Of a stretch of DNA of 53,048 bases, positions 36,167 through 48,711 are shown piece by piece; within the stretch, counting starts at the first letter, position 1, and the number at the start of each line of letters is the position of its first letter. Origin of the DNA: Balamuthia mandrillaris (taxonomy: Eukaryota); contig JAVKOQ020000017.1 in the NCBI GenBank assembly GCA_031835245.2, positions 310,001-363,048 of the forward strand. The letters are read 5' to 3'. A model generated the notes under the pieces. The model worked only from the letters and a program-made list of their open reading frames with translations. It was not told the DNA's origin and did no database searches. The translations under genes were made by a program, and so were the position numbers.

Positions 36167-37230
36167 CTAGGCAAAGTAGCCAATGGTGAACAGGAGGACA
36201 ACAATGCTCAAAGAAGAAGCTGACCAGAAAAGCCCGGTCAGGTGAGATGCAGGACACAAGTCCACATCCCCTCCCTCCCCTGTGTCAAAGGTGATGTGGC
36301 ATGACTGGCAGTGAGGGTCACCACGCAGCTCGCTGCTGGAGTCGATCTGAACGCTGCCTGATGTGCAGTAGATGCTATTTGAGTTTTGCTCGTCATCTAC
36401 AACGCTGTCCTCCAGCACCTTCAAGTTGGCCGATTGCAAATAGACCGCTCCTCTGTTTTGTTATCATTTTTTTTTCAGAAAGGATGAATGGCAACGAAGG
36501 TTCAGGGGGATACGATACCCATCAAAGGATGCTTTGCTACCGCTGATATGAACCCCATGCAGCTCCACGCTGTTGGAGAGGATGTTCAAAGCACCGCCAT
36601 AGCCGCCCTTCTCCTCGTCCTCGTCTTCATCGAACTCGGACTGAGCCTCGTTGTTCTCCATTACAACGTCCCTCAACACCGTGAATGTATCTCGAAGGAG
36701 GAACGCCCCGCCACCTCCTTTTCCTCTCTCATCAACCTCACCGATCCGAATGCAGTTCTTGACGGTGAGACCTTCGATCGTTATTGCAGAGGAGGAGATG
36801 AAGAAGGCAGGCCCCTCTTCCTCGCAGTTAATAACTGTTGAAGCAGAGCCATTCGTTGATCTTTATGGGAGAAGCTATTTTAAAAAATGATGGTTACCAA
36901 AAGGAAGAAGAAAAAAAGTTCAAACCTGATGGTGAGGGAGACAGAAGAGATGGTAAGATCGCGGTTCATGCTCCCGGTGTAAGTCCCTGAGCGAACTAGG
37001 ATCTCTCCCTGAGGACGGTTCTCAAGGGCCTTCTTCAACGAAGGAAAGGGTTTGGTTTCGCTGCCATCGCACGAAGCCCCACAACCGCTCTGGCTATCGA
37101 CCCACACTGTGCGTTAACATTGTGTTAGTACTTCTGTGACTTAAAGCGCATGAAAAGCTGTAAAACCTTGAGCCAGAAGAGGGCAGACCAGCAACCCCAC
37201 AAAGAAAATCAATTGATACGCTGCAGCCAT
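36167..37230 (-). CDS. Secreted/GPI- or TM-anchored right-handed beta-helix (pectin-lyase-fold, DUF1565/Pmp-like) surface protein, 3 introns
   Basis: Signal peptide MAAAYQLIFFVGLLVCPLLAQ; VWVDS..CDGSETKPFPSLKKAL...VRSGTYTG (DUF1565-like start); GGGAF, GYGGAL and GGAVY repeats; hydrophobic C-terminus SLSIVVLLFTIGYFA. Confidence 0.65.
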
Positions 37231-37684
37231 ACTTTTCAGTTTGCATGCCTTGTTATAAAACAAAAAAAAAAACCTGCAGAAAAAAAAACAAACTCGTAGT
37301 CTTCCCGATTAATAGGCTGAAACGGCAAGGGAAAAAGTGGCGGCAAAATTGTCTCTGCGCTTACCTGTTAGTTTAAGCGGTGAGATTTAGTGTCGACAAG
37401 GACTACTGCCAAACCAAACCATTGCGCGGTTATCAATTAATAAAATTGGCCAATTTCGATAATAAAATTAATTAATTTTAATATTAATACAACAAATCCT
37501 CCGTGGTGACGTAAGATGTTGTAGTTTCGCTACCGCAGATCTAAGACGATCTGGTTTCACTCGTAACGAAAAGGTCGTGGAAAACCTCAGCTGCTTCTTC
37601 GGTGGCGGTTTTTGGCTTTATAAAAAATGGATTGCATCAAACAAGAACTCGCAACTAAGAGGGCATCCACTGCAAGATTCAGCA

Positions 37685-39110
37685 TCACTTGCGGAATGAT
37701 TGGACGTCGGCTAACAGCTTGCCTTTCTTAGTATCAGCAGCAGGAGAAGGAGCAGCAGAGTTGGTTGGTGTGCAAGCTTTGTTGTCGAGGCAGTTCAACC
37801 AGGTCATACCTTCTTCCTCCCTCAAGTACATGCAATACCTGGTATATGTGTTGTTAGGCACGAAGGCGACATCTTTCTCCTCAACAAAACACATGAAAAA
37901 CAAGGAACAAACCATTGCATAGCCAAATAGTTTGGACATTCTGCAAACATAAATGTGTCAGCCCAAAAGAAAGCGAATAAAAAAATGAAAGAGAAGAAGA
38001 CATAGCAGAAGAAACAAACCCATCGGTCTCTCAGCAAATTTGGTATTGAGCGCATTAGTTTCTTCCCAAGTTTTGTTCTGCCATTTCATGTAATAAGAGC
38101 CAAACAGTTCTCCAGTTCGGTCGCTGTCCATACGTAAGTTTCCAATTTGTTAATGGAATCAGAATAAAATGTGGGCAGAATGATAAGCAGTACCATCCAC
38201 AGTCGCAATGAGCATAGATGACAGCTGGCATTCCGACTTTGATCGTCAAAAAAAAATCAGATGAGAAGAGCGAAGAAAAGAGGGCGAGAAGTAGAGAGAA
38301 GAAGGGATAGGTTCAGTACAAGAAGTGGCCAAAAGCGCCCTCAACGTTTGCATTCGTTGAATGATGTCGTCGCCCTAGTTTGTTATTTTGAGTAAACAAA
38401 AAAAAAAAAGGTTTGCAACAAGAAAACAACACAAAGAAAGAAGGAAGAAAAGCGAACCATCCATTGAGGGAAAGATTTCATGAGGTAGTTCTTGAAGCTA
38501 GGGGTGAAGTAGGGCGTAGATATGTTGTTTGTGGTACCGAGCGTCTGCCAAAACAAGAACAATCCTTTGGAGGGGTTGGCTTCGAAGAACTCATACTCGG
38601 ACATGACGTGGTGACTGTCGTCCGTGTCTTTGTTGTCGTTTTCAATGTTTTCCAAACTGGTCATTTTTGGAGGGTGAAAAAGGGTTACTTCTGCAATACA
38701 GGGAAGAGGGAAGAGGGGAAGAGAAAAAGGCTCACTTGATATCAATCAAAAAGAAGGGTTGAGGAAGATCGACGTTATCTCTTTTGGCAGCTGCAAGAAT
38801 CCCCCTAACAAGGGCGTTGTAGTCAAACTGGCTGTCGTCGATGACGTCCGGGTTACCTCCTCGAACCAACCAGCTACATACAAAGTGCAGATCAAAGTTA
38901 GGAGGAAAAAAGGCACAAACAAAGCGTAGAGACAGAGAGAAGGAGTGATTACTTTTTGACAGTAGAAGATTTGTCAACAAAGTGTATGTGGGGCACTTCT
39001 CCGTCCTTAACGCCTGCACATCTGCCAGCTTTGGCATGGGCAGTGCCCACCACAAGGGCCAAAAGGGCCACTGCACAAACTGCTCCCACAACGAACGAAC
39101 GTGTCTTCAT
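37685..39110 (-). CDS. Cys-based (CX5R) protein tyrosine/dual-specificity phosphatase-like protein with N-terminal signal peptide, multi-exon
   Basis: ATG at 39110 gives MKTRSFVVGAVCAVALLALVVGTAHA. Removing the intron at ~38193-38124 reconstitutes VIYAHCDCGCDRTGELFGSYYM (HCX5R). Stop at 37685. Confidence 0.75.
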
Positions 39111-39356
39111 TTGTTTGTTTTTTTTTGGTGGTCTGCCGTCTGCCCCCTATTCTATTAACAAGTGACAAAAAAAAAAAGCTGACAAAGGAAAGGGCGCGCG
39201 TCACCCTATGCCTCGCCCTTGTCAAACGCACCACAGCGGCGAAGCACGTGGATGGGAGAGAGGATATGAGAGAGATATGTTTGATGTTCACGTCGTCCCG
39301 AAGATATCTCGAAAAAAAGGAAAAAACGAAGAACACGCAGCAGCAGCAGCGCAACA

Positions 39357-40994
39357 ATGAGGAGGAGCGCAGTGGGCAACTTGCAGCTTGCTGGTGGCTC
39401 CCTGGGCAAGGGGCCATGGGTTTCGCTTGCTAGAACCAACTCGATGGCATCCTCTCAGAGGATGTTCAGCACTGCCTCTGTGGACGACCTAAAGTGCGGC
39501 ACAACGAGCCTAGCCTGCCCCCTCTCTCCCCCCTTTTTTTTCTGACCGTTTTTCATCGATTTTTTTTTTTGCTTCATTCCAGACCACGTCTTCCTCGTGA
39601 TAGCGTGAAAGGGGAGCTCTCCTTCAAGTTTACTCGCACTGATTTTATGTACGTTGCAGAGACAGGAAGAGACCAACCATGGAAAGAAGGAAAACTGCTT
39701 CCTTATGGTAACGAGTGTGCCTCTTTGCCAGCACCAGTCTCTCTTGTCCATTGGCCTCAAAACGCTAACCTCTCACAACTGCGCAGGACCACTTTCGCTT
39801 GAGCCAGCAGCCACTGTTTTGAGCTATGGTCAAGGCATTTTTGAAGGTATCAAAGGTAGGGTATTAAAACGATAACATCGATCGATCTGCTCTCACCTAT
39901 GCTTTGCTGTTGATATCTGTTTTTTCTTTCAAAGCCTTCCGAACTGTGAAAGGAAGGGTGGTGGTGTTTAGGCCACAAGAAAATGCCAAACGCTTTGGCG
40001 AAGGAGCACAACGTTTCATGATGCCTCCTGTGCCCGAGAAGGTGTTTATGCACGCCATCGACTCCATTGTCAAAGGCAACAGTGACTACATCCCAGAGGC
40101 TACCAAGTACTTTCTTTCCATATCGTTCTTCTTTCAATCAACCTAAACAGTGGCTTCCACCTGTAGGGGATCGCTTTACCTTCGTCCATTGCTTTTTGGC
40201 AGTGGTGGCGACCTTGGCGTTGGCCCATCCTCCGCCTATACGTTCACTATCTATGCTTCTCCAGTTGGCAATTATTTCAAAGGTTCATCTTGCTCCACAG
40301 ACTTTTGGAAGAAAGATCTAAGACAACTTGTCTTTTGTTGCAAACAGATGGACCAAAAAAAGGAATAGAACTGTTGGCCTCAACAGACGTACACAGAGCC
40401 GCTCCAAAAGGCTCTGGATGGGTAAAATGCATCGGTAACTACGCTCCCTGCTTCGCTCCCCAACAAAAGGCGAAGAAGGAGGGATTTGCCGAAGTGCTCT
40501 ACCTGGACGCCAAGCACGAGAAGTACGTCGAAGAGGCCGGCGCTGCCAACGTCTTTTGCGTTACAGCAGATGGCACCCTTTACACTCCATCCCTGGAGGG
40601 TTCTATTCTGCCGGGCGTCACTCGTAAGAGCATTATACAACTTGCTCGCGATAGAGGTTACAAGGTTTGTTGCCCTGCTCAATCTTCTTCTTTACAGCGA
40701 AAAATAGAAATGTCCATACAAATTTACATACATTCACGTGTGCAGGTAGAGGAGAAGAGGTTGCCTATAGAAGTCATGTGCAATGCAGCGGAGGCGTTCT
40801 GCAGTGGAACGGGAGCATCCATTACCCCAATCGGTGGTATCACCTACCAGGGTAAGAGGCACGCCATCGGAGATGGAACCATCGGCAAGATCACCAAAGA
40901 GCTCTATGAGGCGCTGTTGGATGTTCAGTTGGAGCGTGCTGAGGATAAGCATGGCTGGTTGCACGACCCCTACGCAGCTGCCACTTCTCGTTGA
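39357..40994 (+). CDS. BCAT: Branched-chain amino acid aminotransferase (class IV PLP enzyme), probably mitochondrial, multi-exon
   Basis: [71 protein letters not shown] (PLP lysine); [33 protein letters not shown]. Confidence 0.95.
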
Positions 40995-41245
40995 TACTTT
41001 CAGATGCTCATATTGAAGGCGAGAGGATGAAATCAATGCTGAGATTTTAAGCTTGTCTATTTTGTTTGCTTGTTTGCTTGGTTAGCATCACTTTGCTCAC
41101 GATTAGAGATCATTTTTTAACACACAATAAGCAAAAGAACACAAATACAAATAACAAGTTCGAAGAAGAAGCAGAATGCTTTTACGTTAAAGTTACGTAC
41201 ATCAAAAACTTGGGTTTGAGCTAAAATCAACACCAAGCCATGTTA

Positions 41246-42002
41246 TCAAGAAAGCCTCCGTTTGTGGGTGGTTTTTACCGGCACAGCATAGATGAGGCCC
41301 ATTATGAACAGCATAAACAGCTCCAGCAGTGATAACAACAAATATTCAATGACCGGAAAGAGGGTGGTAGTATCTAGACCAGTGCCTACAGCCCACCACC
41401 CTGCCACATGCACCCATTGTAACATAGTTAATATGGCGTGGGATGCACTATTTTTTTTCATTAAAGAACAGTAGATGTTAGGCAAAATGGTAAACCTAAC
41501 GAGGAAGAAGAAGAAGAAGAAGAAAGCAAGAGGAAGAAGGTTATGAGAACGAGGGTGCACCTTGCTCGCTTCTTATGACAAGATAATATGTTTAGGGCAG
41601 AAAGCACAATGAAGCAGTAAAGTAAAATGGTGGGTGCGGGTTCAAATCGCTCCAATAATAGCATTACCTATTTCAACTGGAGTCAGCGTGCCCATACACA
41701 AGGAACTGCAACAAATCAAGCCAAACCAATAACTGACCTTTACAAAAAGGAAAATCGCTATGAATGCTTGTTTGGCGATAACCAGATCCAGCTGCAAAAA
41801 AAGTCTGCGAGGAGAACTCTTTATGACCCAAAGCAATCCATTGAGGATTGTGGAATTAGAAATTCTTCTCTTTGGCGTCAGAACCATCAATCGGGACTCT
41901 CCAGTCGTTTGGTGAGTAAGTAGGGATAAGACGTTCCCGTTCTTGTCTCTGTTGTGGCTAAGGTTAGCACTATTTCTAGAGATAGAGAGGAGAGGAAGGG
42001 GT

Positions 42003-42049
<47 letters not shown>

Positions 42050-44725
42050 GGTTGAAATGGTGCTGGTTGAAGAGCATACTTTGTTACAGAAGTAGGTTCC
42101 TGATTATGCTTGTCATGAACCACAGTTTCATCATCATAAGGAGAAGTAGGGACACTCATTGAAGTTGGCGGTCTAGCAAGGATTAGAGCCGAAGCTGAGA
42201 TTGCATCTTGATGCAAAGCGGTTGTATGAGCAGAATTAGGAGATGAAGATGTAGGAACAGAATATTTGGCGGAAGGAGCAGATGAAGCTTGCATACGCGA
42301 GAACAGTCGTTCTCGGATAGGAGGATATAAAACCAACTCATCTACTGTGGGCCTGTCTTGAGGATCCTTGTTCATCATCCACTCAATCAGCCTGAAGAAT
42401 GAGTGCAATGAGACCATGTGGGGTTGCCAAAAATTTTACAAATTTTACAAAATGAAGGGAGGGTACCTTTTAAGCACAGGAGCACGCTTAGGTGTGTCAG
42501 GAAAAGAATCAAGGTGTCGGAAGGAAAGGATTTCTTTCTCCATGTCCTCAATTCTATCCTTCCCGCTTTGTTGTGGGGCTGTTTCTTGGTTGACACTTGC
42601 AAATGGAGAAGCAGAGTAGCACAGAAAGTAGAGAATAACACCTAGTGACCATACATCGCTTTTTTCGCTGTAGTCGTGTTTATACTGGCCACTTAAAGGA
42701 TCGGTTAACAACACCTATTGTAACAAAAATCAGCAAAGAACGGAATTCGTGGCAAGAAAAGTGTAACACGTTGCTCTTTCACCTCTGGCGCCATATATTC
42801 GATAGTTCCAGTGTTGCCTGTTCTCTCCAAAGCCTTAGCTATCTGTTCCTTGTGGTCACTGGCTTGGCTCATCAAAATGGGTTTCACACTCCCGAAATCG
42901 GTGAGAACAACAGTAAGGCCTTCTTCCACAACTTTAGTGGATCGTTCGGTAGGATCAGAGTGTAGTGAAGATGCTTGAAGTGGGTCATGCAGCAATAGGT
43001 TTTGTGGTTTGAGGTCGTTATGGCAGATATTGTGAGCATGAAGATGGCTCAGGCCGCTCAAGATATCCAAGAAAAAGTTCCAAATGAGTGTCTCGTTTAA
43101 GTACTCTCCATCTGCATCTCTGAGAGGATTGTTATCCCTTCCTTGAGGTGCATTTTTCCTTCGTTGCTCCCGTCTCCATTGTTTCAAACATTGTATCTTG
43201 GTTGCATCCATTGTCGAATCTCTGCTTCTTCGTTTGTTCATTACGAAGTCGTAGAGGTTGGTGCCTTGATTGGCGTATTCCATCAATATGAACAGAAAGG
43301 GAACATCTGAGGGGCCAAAGTCGGCCACCTTGGATCTCCTAGCCAGCTATGCTTGTACGCTATGCAATTTGGATGGTGTAGAGACTCCAGCGCCCGTACT
43401 GTTGAGTTGGGTGGATGATCAGAAAGGAAATCAGGAAAGAAGGAAGACAATTCGAAGAACGGGCAGCAAGCAGTAGCAAAAAAGGAGCAGAGAGGCAAAC
43501 CTTCTTTGAGAACATCTTTGAGACGTTGAACATCATTGCCAACAGCCACCTTCTTCACAGCATAGCAACCGAGGTCCACACAGTCAAGCATGTGCCGACA
43601 GAGGAAGACGCTTCCAAAGGCCCCTCTTCCAATAAGTTTTTCCTCCACAAAAAAGCGGTCGTAGTAGCCTGTGTTGAAGGCTTCATTTCTCAATCCAGCG
43701 TATCTGTTGTTGTTGGTGGTTGTTGTCCTTGTTGATGATGCAGTGGAAGTGCTTGTTGTTGTTGTTGTGCGAGATGATGATGTGCATGCAGCAGGAAATG
43801 GAGCAGCAGTTGTGTGGGTGGGAGGTTCGAGGGTGAGTAGCCTGAAGTAGTTCGGGGCAAGAAAACGGGAAGGTGTCATGAAAGAGGAGATCAAGGCAGG
43901 GCCGGGAGCTGATATCGTATGGGTCATGCTCTTCGACCGCCGAGATAAGGAGGAAGGTTTCCCAAAAGCTGTAGCTGCAGAGTGTTGTTGTTGATCAACG
44001 GAGGAGCGCACTTCATCTTCGCCTTCGATAGGCTCCGTTTCTGCAAAGTCGCTGACGATGAATGGCTGTTGAGCTTCAAACATCTCTTCCTCTTCCTCGT
44101 CCTCCTCCTCCGCATGAGAAGAAGAAAAGGAGGAAGTACGGGAGAGGGAGCGATAGCAATAAGGACAAAACCGACCCCCACCACTGGCGAGATTATTGGA
44201 AGGTTGAGAGCTCACTGCCATGGCTGCCGGTGTGTTGAAAGAGGAGGATAGAGCAGGAAGGTCGTTGTTGAAGCAAGAGGCAATTGGAGAGATGGAGGAA
44301 GTGGAGGGACCACCAGGAACAGTGGCGAAGCCGGAGGTGCAAAGATCGTTGGCAGCGTTGGTGCGGGGACTGCTGCTGCCGTTGTGTACGGAAGAAGGTG
44401 TGGCGGTGGTGCTGGGCGGAGATCTGACCACGCATAGTTGTCTACGGCGTGCATTGTAGACCACCATCTTATGGAGAAGAGGGTCATGGAGCACCACCAC
44501 CCATGACTCAGGATCGCGAAGCGTCAGCGCCCATGAACCAAAGGGCTCCATTGCTGTGCCAGCAGAGGGAGCAGCACTGCTTGTTGTGGTTGTAGTTGTG
44601 GTTGGTGCTGGCAACGAACGGGAGAGACGAGAATGGGTGGAACCATCTGTGGAAGACAGAGAGCGCCTACGTCGGCTAAGGGCGCTCCCTGAGGGAAACG
44701 ATAATCCTGGTGAGGCTGTTCGCAT
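41246..44725 (-). CDS. Iks1-like Ser/Thr protein kinase with predicted C-terminal transmembrane segments; one apparent 1-nt frameshift at ~43338
   Basis: AFNTGYYDRFFVEEKLIGRGAFGSVFLCRHMLDCVDLGCYAVKKVAVGND; LHHPNCIAYKHSWL; ADFGP..VPFLFILMEYAN; CHNDLKPQNLLL; LTDFG; RTGNTGTIEYMAPE; SDVWSLGVILY. These motifs resemble the fungal Iks1 family. Start codon uncertain (44725 or 44551). Confidence 0.8.
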
Positions 44726-44970
44726 GCTTTGGGGGTTGCAAGTGGCCTTCAATGACGCTCGTTTGAGCACTATAAGCACACAAGTAGCAGCTGCTGCGCT
44801 GCGGTCGGCCTTCCCTACTTTCCTCTTCGTTGGTTGGTTTTTCTGGTGGAGTAGTGGACATAACACCGGTTCGAATCTCAGTGACTGCAAACTCGTTTTA
44901 ACTTATTTTTTTTTTTGCTCATTTTATCAGCAGGAGCAGCTACTTCCAGTTTGCTCTCTATCATCTCTAT

Positions 44971-47701
44971 GTGGACACACATGCCATTGACACAGAGGAG
45001 GACCCGAGGGAACAGGACAAGGAGAGAGCACAACAGCTGTTAGAAGTTGCTAACGAATTGCCACAACCCAACGGTGACCTTCTCCCGTCTTTGCTCCTCA
45101 CTCTGCGCATTACTCACTTGATGTCCTCACATCGCCGGAGAGCAGCTTTTGAAAAAGGTTGCCGGAATGGCATTTAGCTCTCCACAAGGCACTCGTTCTC
45201 GTGGCGTTGATGGACAAAACCCTCTTCGAAGCTGCCATAGGAACAGGTGGGAGGAGGGAGAATAAAAAAATGGCTGCGGCGGAGCAACAAAAAAGGGCCT
45301 CTGCCACTCGCTCTGTGTCAGTGTCGTACGTGTGGCCAAGACTTGTGGGCTTGTTGCATCAGTTCCGGTCCTTGTTGCTGTTCGCTCTGAGTTTGCATGT
45401 TGTTGCCGCGTTTATAAGCGCTACTGTGGCAAAGTACGTTTTTCCTGGCATGAGAGCTCTCAGAAAGGAGGTGACTAGTGATTGAGTTTGGTTTGAATAG
45501 GTTTTATGGAGGGTTTGTGGATTTGATGCTGGAACGCAATGTGACAGGGTTGCACCAACTTTTTGCATTGTGCGTCTTCTTCGAAGCTCTTAATGTCTTC
45601 ATTTGCAAATTCAGGTTTCTTGTTGTTGTTCTTGTTCTTGTTCTTCTTATTCTTCTCGTTCTTCTTGTTCTTCTCCTTCTTCTCCTTCTTCTTGTTTTTG
45701 TTCTTCTCCTTCTTCTTCTTCATGTTTGTCAGCGAATGGCGGTTAAGCTTGACTCTGTGTGTTGCTTTTTGGTGGCCTCAGATTCTTTTGGCTGTGCGAG
45801 TAGGAGCTAGGGTTCTCGTTTTCTTACTTACTTGCTTGGCTGCTTCCACCTTCTCACTGTGTTATTGTATTCTAACCGGTAACGACGATGCATCCACAGT
45901 GGCAGCGATATGAAGTATTGCGGCACAAGATTCAAACCAGAATGAACGCGGTGCTTGTTGAGACTTTGTCTTACAGAGGTTTCTTTTTGACTAAGCTCTA
46001 TGGAAGACAGGCACCTTCCTTCTCACCCTTCTCTTCGTCGCTTGATCCTTGCTGATGTCTCTACACTTGTAGGAGTTCTTTCTGAATAGAATGACGAGCT
46101 GTTGCCAAGAATTGGAAACCTCCTACGTCTCGCAGTACATAGAGGAATTCTTCAGAGGCTGGGCAATGTACAGATTGATGCCGCCTCTGGGCAGAGCAAC
46201 TATGCTCTATGTAGGAGGTCTGCTTGTTTGCTATTGTGGCGACTCTGTTGATGTTGGTGCGTTTGGTTGCGACTTTGGCTATCCCTTTCGATTGGACCTC
46301 TTTGAGGTCTATTAATACATGCTTGCCTAGGCGCAGTCGTTAGCTTTGCCTTCTATCTTACAAAAAGCATTCATGCCGTGGAGGAGTTGGTGGCTGTGCA
46401 TCGGGATATGGCAGGCAATTTTCCCAGTTTTAAACGCTATTTTGACTATTTGGAATCAGCAGCCCTTATCCAGGACCAACCAGATGCTCTCACGCTGACT
46501 AAAGTATCAGGAGCAATTGACTTTTATAACGTTTTGTTTTGGTATCCTCAGCCCCAATCGTTGCCCTCTGAGAGCAAAGAGATGCAACCAACGCAAGAAG
46601 TGGAACAAGAAGAAAAAGAAGAGGAAGAAGAAGATGATGAAGTAGAAGAAGAGAACAGCTTAAATGTGGAGACAGAGGAAAGATGGGCGTTGAGGAATGT
46701 TTCATTTTCTGTCAAGGTTTGTACTTTGTTTGTTATTGTAGCAGTATATTTGCTTGCGTACGTTCGTCATTTTTTAATTTTTAACGCCAGGCTGGGCAGA
46801 CAGTAGCATTTGTTGGCAGCAGTGGCAGGCAAAACCACTGTTACACTCCTTATCCAACGCTTTTTCGATCCTCTTCATGGCGTTGTGTCAGTGGACTCGC
46901 ATGATCTTCGCTCTGTTCGACATGGTATGTTTTGTGTCAAATATTCTTATTTGCAAAACAGAATGCTTATACTCTATTGCTTCCCGCAGAATCACTGCTC
47001 AAACATATTGCAATTGTATCGCAGGACTCTTTCTTTTTCAATGATACTATCGAATTCAATCTTCGCTTTGCTGAAGCCCAATTGTACCCAAGAAGAGATG
47101 GACCATGCATGCCAGATAGCCAACATCTATGACTTTATCACGGGCCTGGAGCACAAATACAACGCCATTGGTTTGTTTATTCATTACTCCAGCAGTTGTA
47201 GTAGCCTTCATATGAAGCTCAACTCACTCTCTCTTTGCACAGTAGGTGAAGGTGGTCATACTTTGAGTGGGGGACAACGGCAACGGTTATCCATCGCCCG
47301 AGCTATCCTCAAGAATACCCCGTACTCTTTCCTCTCTTGCGTTCCATTATATCTTTGCCACCTCTACATTCACTCGTTTTTCTTTATGTTGTTCAGTTTG
47401 CTCTATTAACAGTTTCGTGTTGAACAGGATCCTTATCTTGGATGAAGCGTCATCCAACATTGACAACATTAATGAGCAGCTCATTCGAGAGGCTCTGGTC
47501 TGCAAAAATCGCACAACTATCATCATTGCACATCGTTTAAGTAATGTAATGGATGCAGATTCTATTTTTGTGTTTGCTAATGGCATGCTGATGCAGCAAG
47601 GGAAGCATTCGCAGCTTCTCAAAGACAAACAAGGTCTTTACTTCAAACTTTACATGCAACAACGCGAAGAGAACTCCACAAGCACACAAGGCTTGCCATA
47701 A
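44971..47701 (+). pseudogene. Degenerate ABCB-type half transporter (TMD remnants plus NBD)
   Basis: LRNVSFSVK/AGQTVAFVGSSG-[frameshift]-AGKTT; LIQRFFDP; IVSQDSFFFNDTIEFNLRF-[frameshift]-KPNCTQEE; VGEGGHTLSGGQRQRLSIARAILKN; ILILDEASSNID; IIAHRLS. The TMD part is fragmentary and short. The 5' boundary is uncertain. Confidence 0.7.
45617..45722. repeat. Imperfect (CTT/GTT)n trinucleotide tract in a putative intron
   Basis: Read directly from the sequence. Confidence 0.75.
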
Positions 47702-48711
47702 ACTTTATTTGACCAGCACGCAATGGTTTAGTTTGGCGGTGGTCCTTGTCGACACTAATTTTTCTCGCTAAAAGTAGCAAGCACACGGACTTTTTTGCTG
47801 CTGTTTTGTGTCCCGTGCCATTTCTTTTCAGTCATTTGTAGGAAAATGTTGATGGGAATAACCCTGCGGATCAAGAAAGGGACGGCACGTAAGCGACTCT
47901 GGGTTTATTCACAGGAAAAAGGGGTGTGTACCAAAGTGTGTGCTTTGAATGTGTCGCGAGGAAAAGGGGAAAATAAAAAGGGCGAGAAAATTTGGAGGTA
48001 CCTGGCTCCATGAGGACCTCGGCACATGGTTGGCCTCGGGTAGGTTTTTCAACAACAACCCACCGGGGTTATTGACCAGATCGTTGGTGGGTGTCAGGTA
48101 CTGGTTCGGCGTTCCTGCTGGGATGGTATAAGTCTTACCATCGTTGCCTCCTGTGACTATATCCCCAGGATCGGAAAGGCTGCCGCCGATGCTGGCCTTG
48201 CTGGTGAAGCTGGCATGGAGAAAAGGAGTACTTTCGCTTGTACCGCCAACGGGAACGTGCTTTGAAAAAGACAAAGGGAGGAGAAGGAAGCAGAGGAATA
48301 GCAAGTTCTGAGAAAGAGAAAACCACAGCCGATCTCTCCGTACCAAAGGTGACAACCATTGAGGAGGTAAACAATCTGAGAGGAAGAGCTCTTGCGGTGT
48401 AAATAGCTCTCTATGGCCTTAAAAAAACGTTACAACGGGGACAACACAGTTGAGGGCCAGAAGAAGAGGTTAGCAGCGTACATCACGGACCCGAGCGGCA
48501 ACGTTCACTTTCTTACCCCAGCAAAACAAAGAGAGCTTAGTGAGCTGGGATTGTGCAGAAACTGAGCAACTCGGGTTTTTTTTGTACACATCTATTATGG
48601 GATAAAAAGGGGCTTGGAAGAAAACCCGACCTGAGGAGTAAAAGATTTTGCCCTGCTCGACAAAAATATCTCTGCTTGGCAAAAAAAAGTACCCGGTGGT
48701 TCTAGACGGAA

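Noticed and set aside
21694..40994. ACOT9, ELO and BCAT as part of one acyl-CoA metabolic cluster with the allantoin genes
   Set aside because: They act in different compartments, are interspersed with unrelated genes, and share no specific pathway. Proximity is explainable by gene density.
47909..48374. Short minus-strand ORFs with a hydrophobic start and Gly/Thr/Pro-rich segment
   Set aside because: No recognisable motif and the frames are inconsistent. It may be a gene remnant but cannot be supported.
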